This document shows, one piece after another, positions 61,096 through 64,000 of a stretch of DNA of 64,000 nucleotides. Origin of the DNA: Podarcis filfolensis (taxonomy: Eukaryota); NCBI GenBank assembly GCA_964270895.1, contig OZ185446.1; one strand, written 5' to 3'. The notes under the pieces are model-generated. The model was not told the DNA's origin and did no database searches. It was given only the letters and a program-made list of their open reading frames with translations. Made by a program: the position numbers and the translations under genes. How positions within the stretch are numbered: the stretch's first letter is position 1; each line of letters begins with the position of its first letter.

Positions 61096-61666
61096 GCTTG
61101 GAACTAGCCAGTGTCCTTTTTAAAAGCCCTTTAATTTTCAAAGCAATACTGCTTATCTAACACCAGGTGTCAATGCTGCTCTTCCAACTATCGGAGTTCC
61201 TGTGTAGGACCTATTTCATGAATATTCTCTGCACTTCCTCTGGCCTTTGATTTTGGTTTGGGTCCATTAGCTGCTGCTTTATATCAGTCAATATCTTATA
61301 TGGCTGGTGCATCAAATACTCTACTGCATTTGCTCACGGTAGCTCTTCACTGCAGTCTTGCAGAACCCGGATAAGATTTTAAAATCAAGATTAACTCCGA
61401 GTTAATTAAATTGAAGCCACTTGAAGGAGAAGTGGGTTTCTACCTAGAATAGCTTGTCCTTAAAATGATGGCTTCTGTTTTCTCAAGTTTTGCTTCCTTT
61501 TTTGAAATAAGGGACACAGTCTATAAATTGCTGGCATAGCTCACTAGACTTTGAGTAACTCACTATCAGCGTAATCTATTTCAGAAGCTTACTGCTGAAT
61601 CACCACTGTGAGTTCCTTAGAGGTAGTATTGGGGTAGCAGCTAGATTGTTGGACTAGCACCTGAGA

Positions 61667-62101
61667 TTGTTGTTGTTTAGTCGTTTAGTCGTGTCCGACT
61701 CTTCGTGACCCCATGGACCAGAGCACGCCAGGCACTTCTGTCTTCCACTGCCTCCCACAGTTTGGTCAAACTCGGGCTGGTAGCTTCGAGAACACTGTCC
61801 AACCATCTCGTCCTCTGTCGTCCCCTTCTCCTTGTGCCCTTCATCTTTCCCAACATCAGGATCTTTTCCAGGGAGTCTTCTCTTCTCATGAGGTGGCCAA
61901 AGTATTGGAGCCTCAGCTTCACGATCTGTCCTTCCAGTGAGCACTCAGGGCTGATTTCCTTCAGAATGGAGAGGTTTGATCTTCTTGCAGTCCATGGGAC
62001 TCTCAAGAGTCTCCTCCAGCACCATAATTCAAAAGCATCAATTCTTCGGTGATCAGCCTTCTTTATGGTCCAGCTCTCACTTCCATATATCACTACTGGG
62101 A
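61667..62101 (-). mobile_element. RTE-BovB LINE, 5'-truncated
   Basis: YGSESWTIKKADHRRIDAFELWCWRRLLRVPW...; close relative of 9188-9678. Confidence 0.93.
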
Positions 62102-62344
62102 TACTATGGTTCTATAGGACATGAGATACTATGGTTCAAATCTCTTCTCAGCCATGAAGCATACTTGAGTGACCTTGGACCAGTCACTTACACTCAGCCT
62201 ACCCTACGTCTCAGGGTGGTTGTAAGGATAAAATGGAAGAGGAAGAGAAGTATGTATGCCACCTTAAGCTCCTTGAAGGAGAGGTGGGATATAACTACAA
62301 TCAATCAATCAATCAATCAGTAACATTGTATAAAAGCTACATAA

Positions 62345-62545
62345 ACATCAGGTAGGACTTTCTGACAATTAGAGTCTGTTTGACAGTGGAACAGGCTCCC
62401 ACAACAGGTGGAGGACTCTCCTTCCTTGGAGGTTGGATGGCCACCTATCATGTATGATCTGGTTGAGATTCCTGCCTTGCAGGGGGTTGGACTAGATGAC
62501 CCAATGCAGTTGCTTCCAACCCTACAATTCTATATTTCTATGATT
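62345..62545 (+). mobile_element. CR1 3' end
   Basis: GGACTCTCCTTCCTTGGAGG...GGGGGTTGGACTAGATGACC...TTCTAT..TTCTATGATT. Confidence 0.8.
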
Positions 62546-64000
62546 TGCATTTAATAATGACTTGCTCAGCCTGAGGTTCACATTCCCTCCTTGGCATATT
62601 TCTGGTTGTAGGCATGACCTATGGAAGAAGCAAGGCCTTCTTCTTGCTTAATACTTTGAACGCTTCCAGGTTGTATATATGCACAAATAAACCTATATCA
62701 TAAAGACACCATGGTATCTGCTGTCTCTCATTCCGAAGGAAACACAAACTCTGGAATCTCTCACTGCTCAGTGACTGGGCTGGCATGCAACAATATGTAC
62801 ATAAGCAGGGGTTCTTGTAAACAGACGGTGGTGGCTTCGTGGAGGGATGCAGAGGGCCCAATCCATATATATAGTACACCAAGCCCAGGGTATTCTCTTG
62901 ACAGCCCTGCTAGTTGTGAACATGTGTTTATTATTTGATTCAGCTCGAAAGTAGTTTCATGGTTGAGCCACCCTGATATTAATGGTTTGCAAACAGATTT
63001 AAAACAGCAACAACTTGCAGGCAATCTTAAATATGGATGTTGAGACAATAATGGGGGGGGGGGAGAGGAATATAATAAGCTTTCATAAAGCTTTTTTTTC
63101 TTTCATGTAGATAGCTTGTATACGGCAAGTCGAGTTCAGTATAGACAAAGAGGAAATAATTAATCTGGGAGCAAGAGACCAGCCCAGGAAATGTGTGCCA
63201 AATGGAGCAATCAGCCCATATATTGGCTAGGGAGAGCAGCGGGGAATTTATTGTGGAAAGATCTCAAGACCGATCAGGTCAGTGCATAGCTTCAGTGACA
63301 ACCGAGGGTGAGCAATTTACTAGGTTGAATAACGGACCCACGCAGAATGCAAAAGCAAAAGAAATGGAACTTTGGTTAGAATGCAGAGGAATAACAGTCA
63401 GAAGTGTGTCCTGAGCTGTCCAAGGCTTTGTGCAGATATCCACAATTTTAGCTGGGAGCTAGAAATGCACTACCTAATATTTTGTGCCCAGAAATAAGAA
63501 TCCTGCATTTACCCCCTCTACCATTCCCCATCGCATAACAAGAAAGGAAATTGCATTTGAAAATGATAAAAGGGAAGAGAAATTATCATGGGTGGGGAAG
63601 TAAGGTTTGTGCTGTCTTCAGCTTACTTTTGAAGTGGCTAAGAGGTGCTTGTGAGTCTCACCTCATTCATCCTACAAATATTACTCAGTTGTTTGCACTC
63701 CGCAGACTTCCCAGGTTCCCATGCTTCCTGCAAACTGCATTATGTCCTTGACAAACCAATTCCTGTAAATGCCGAAAGCGCGATTCTGCCTACCAGGTGC
63801 CTGGGTTGGGCATTGATTGTAAAACAACAACAACAACAACCCTTCACCCATTTAGAAGAAATAATTGCAGAAAGAGGTAAGGAGTAAATGGAAGATCTTC
63901 CCTTAAAAACAAAATCAGCCAGTGCACTGATCTCAGGCAATAGGTAGTCACCCTCCCCGGATTCCCACAATTTGATTAAAAGACAGGAGAAGATACGAAG

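Overview
Vertebrate genomic DNA, most likely a lacertid lizard (inferred from Sauria SINEs, RTE-BovB and squamate-type MITEs). Two genes lie head-to-tail on the minus strand. MINDY3 (FAM188A) is complete: I traced 15 coding exons by hand (57014 down to 25811), all GT-AG and in frame, giving 1338 nt = 445 aa + stop with both catalytic motifs (GGPCAV, SETHLTV). ITGA8 contributes coding exons 1-2; the rest lies left of the window. ITGA8 intron 2 holds an apparently intact and very young Ty3/Gypsy (Mag-like) LTR retrotransposon (552-5462) with one uninterrupted gag-PR-RT-RH-IN ORF, PBS and PPT. Its LTRs are identical except for one 40-bp CCAAT-containing repeat unit, and it is inserted into an old L2 LINE. 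The remainder is intronic or intergenic DNA rich in SINEs, BovB/CR1 fragments, hAT, Tc1/mariner and Harbinger MITEs, and Penelope-like remnants carrying minimal hammerhead-ribozyme motifs. There is one 141-N assembly gap. I found no clearly new system. The best leads are the intact retrotransposon, the hammerhead-centred inverted Penelope insertions, the periodic NRF1/ETS/CCAAT arrays inside unrelated transposons, the very long ITGA8 leader and a candidate MINDY3 poison exon. Repeat-family names, the tRNA match and human orthologue comparisons come from recalled sequences, not from a database search.
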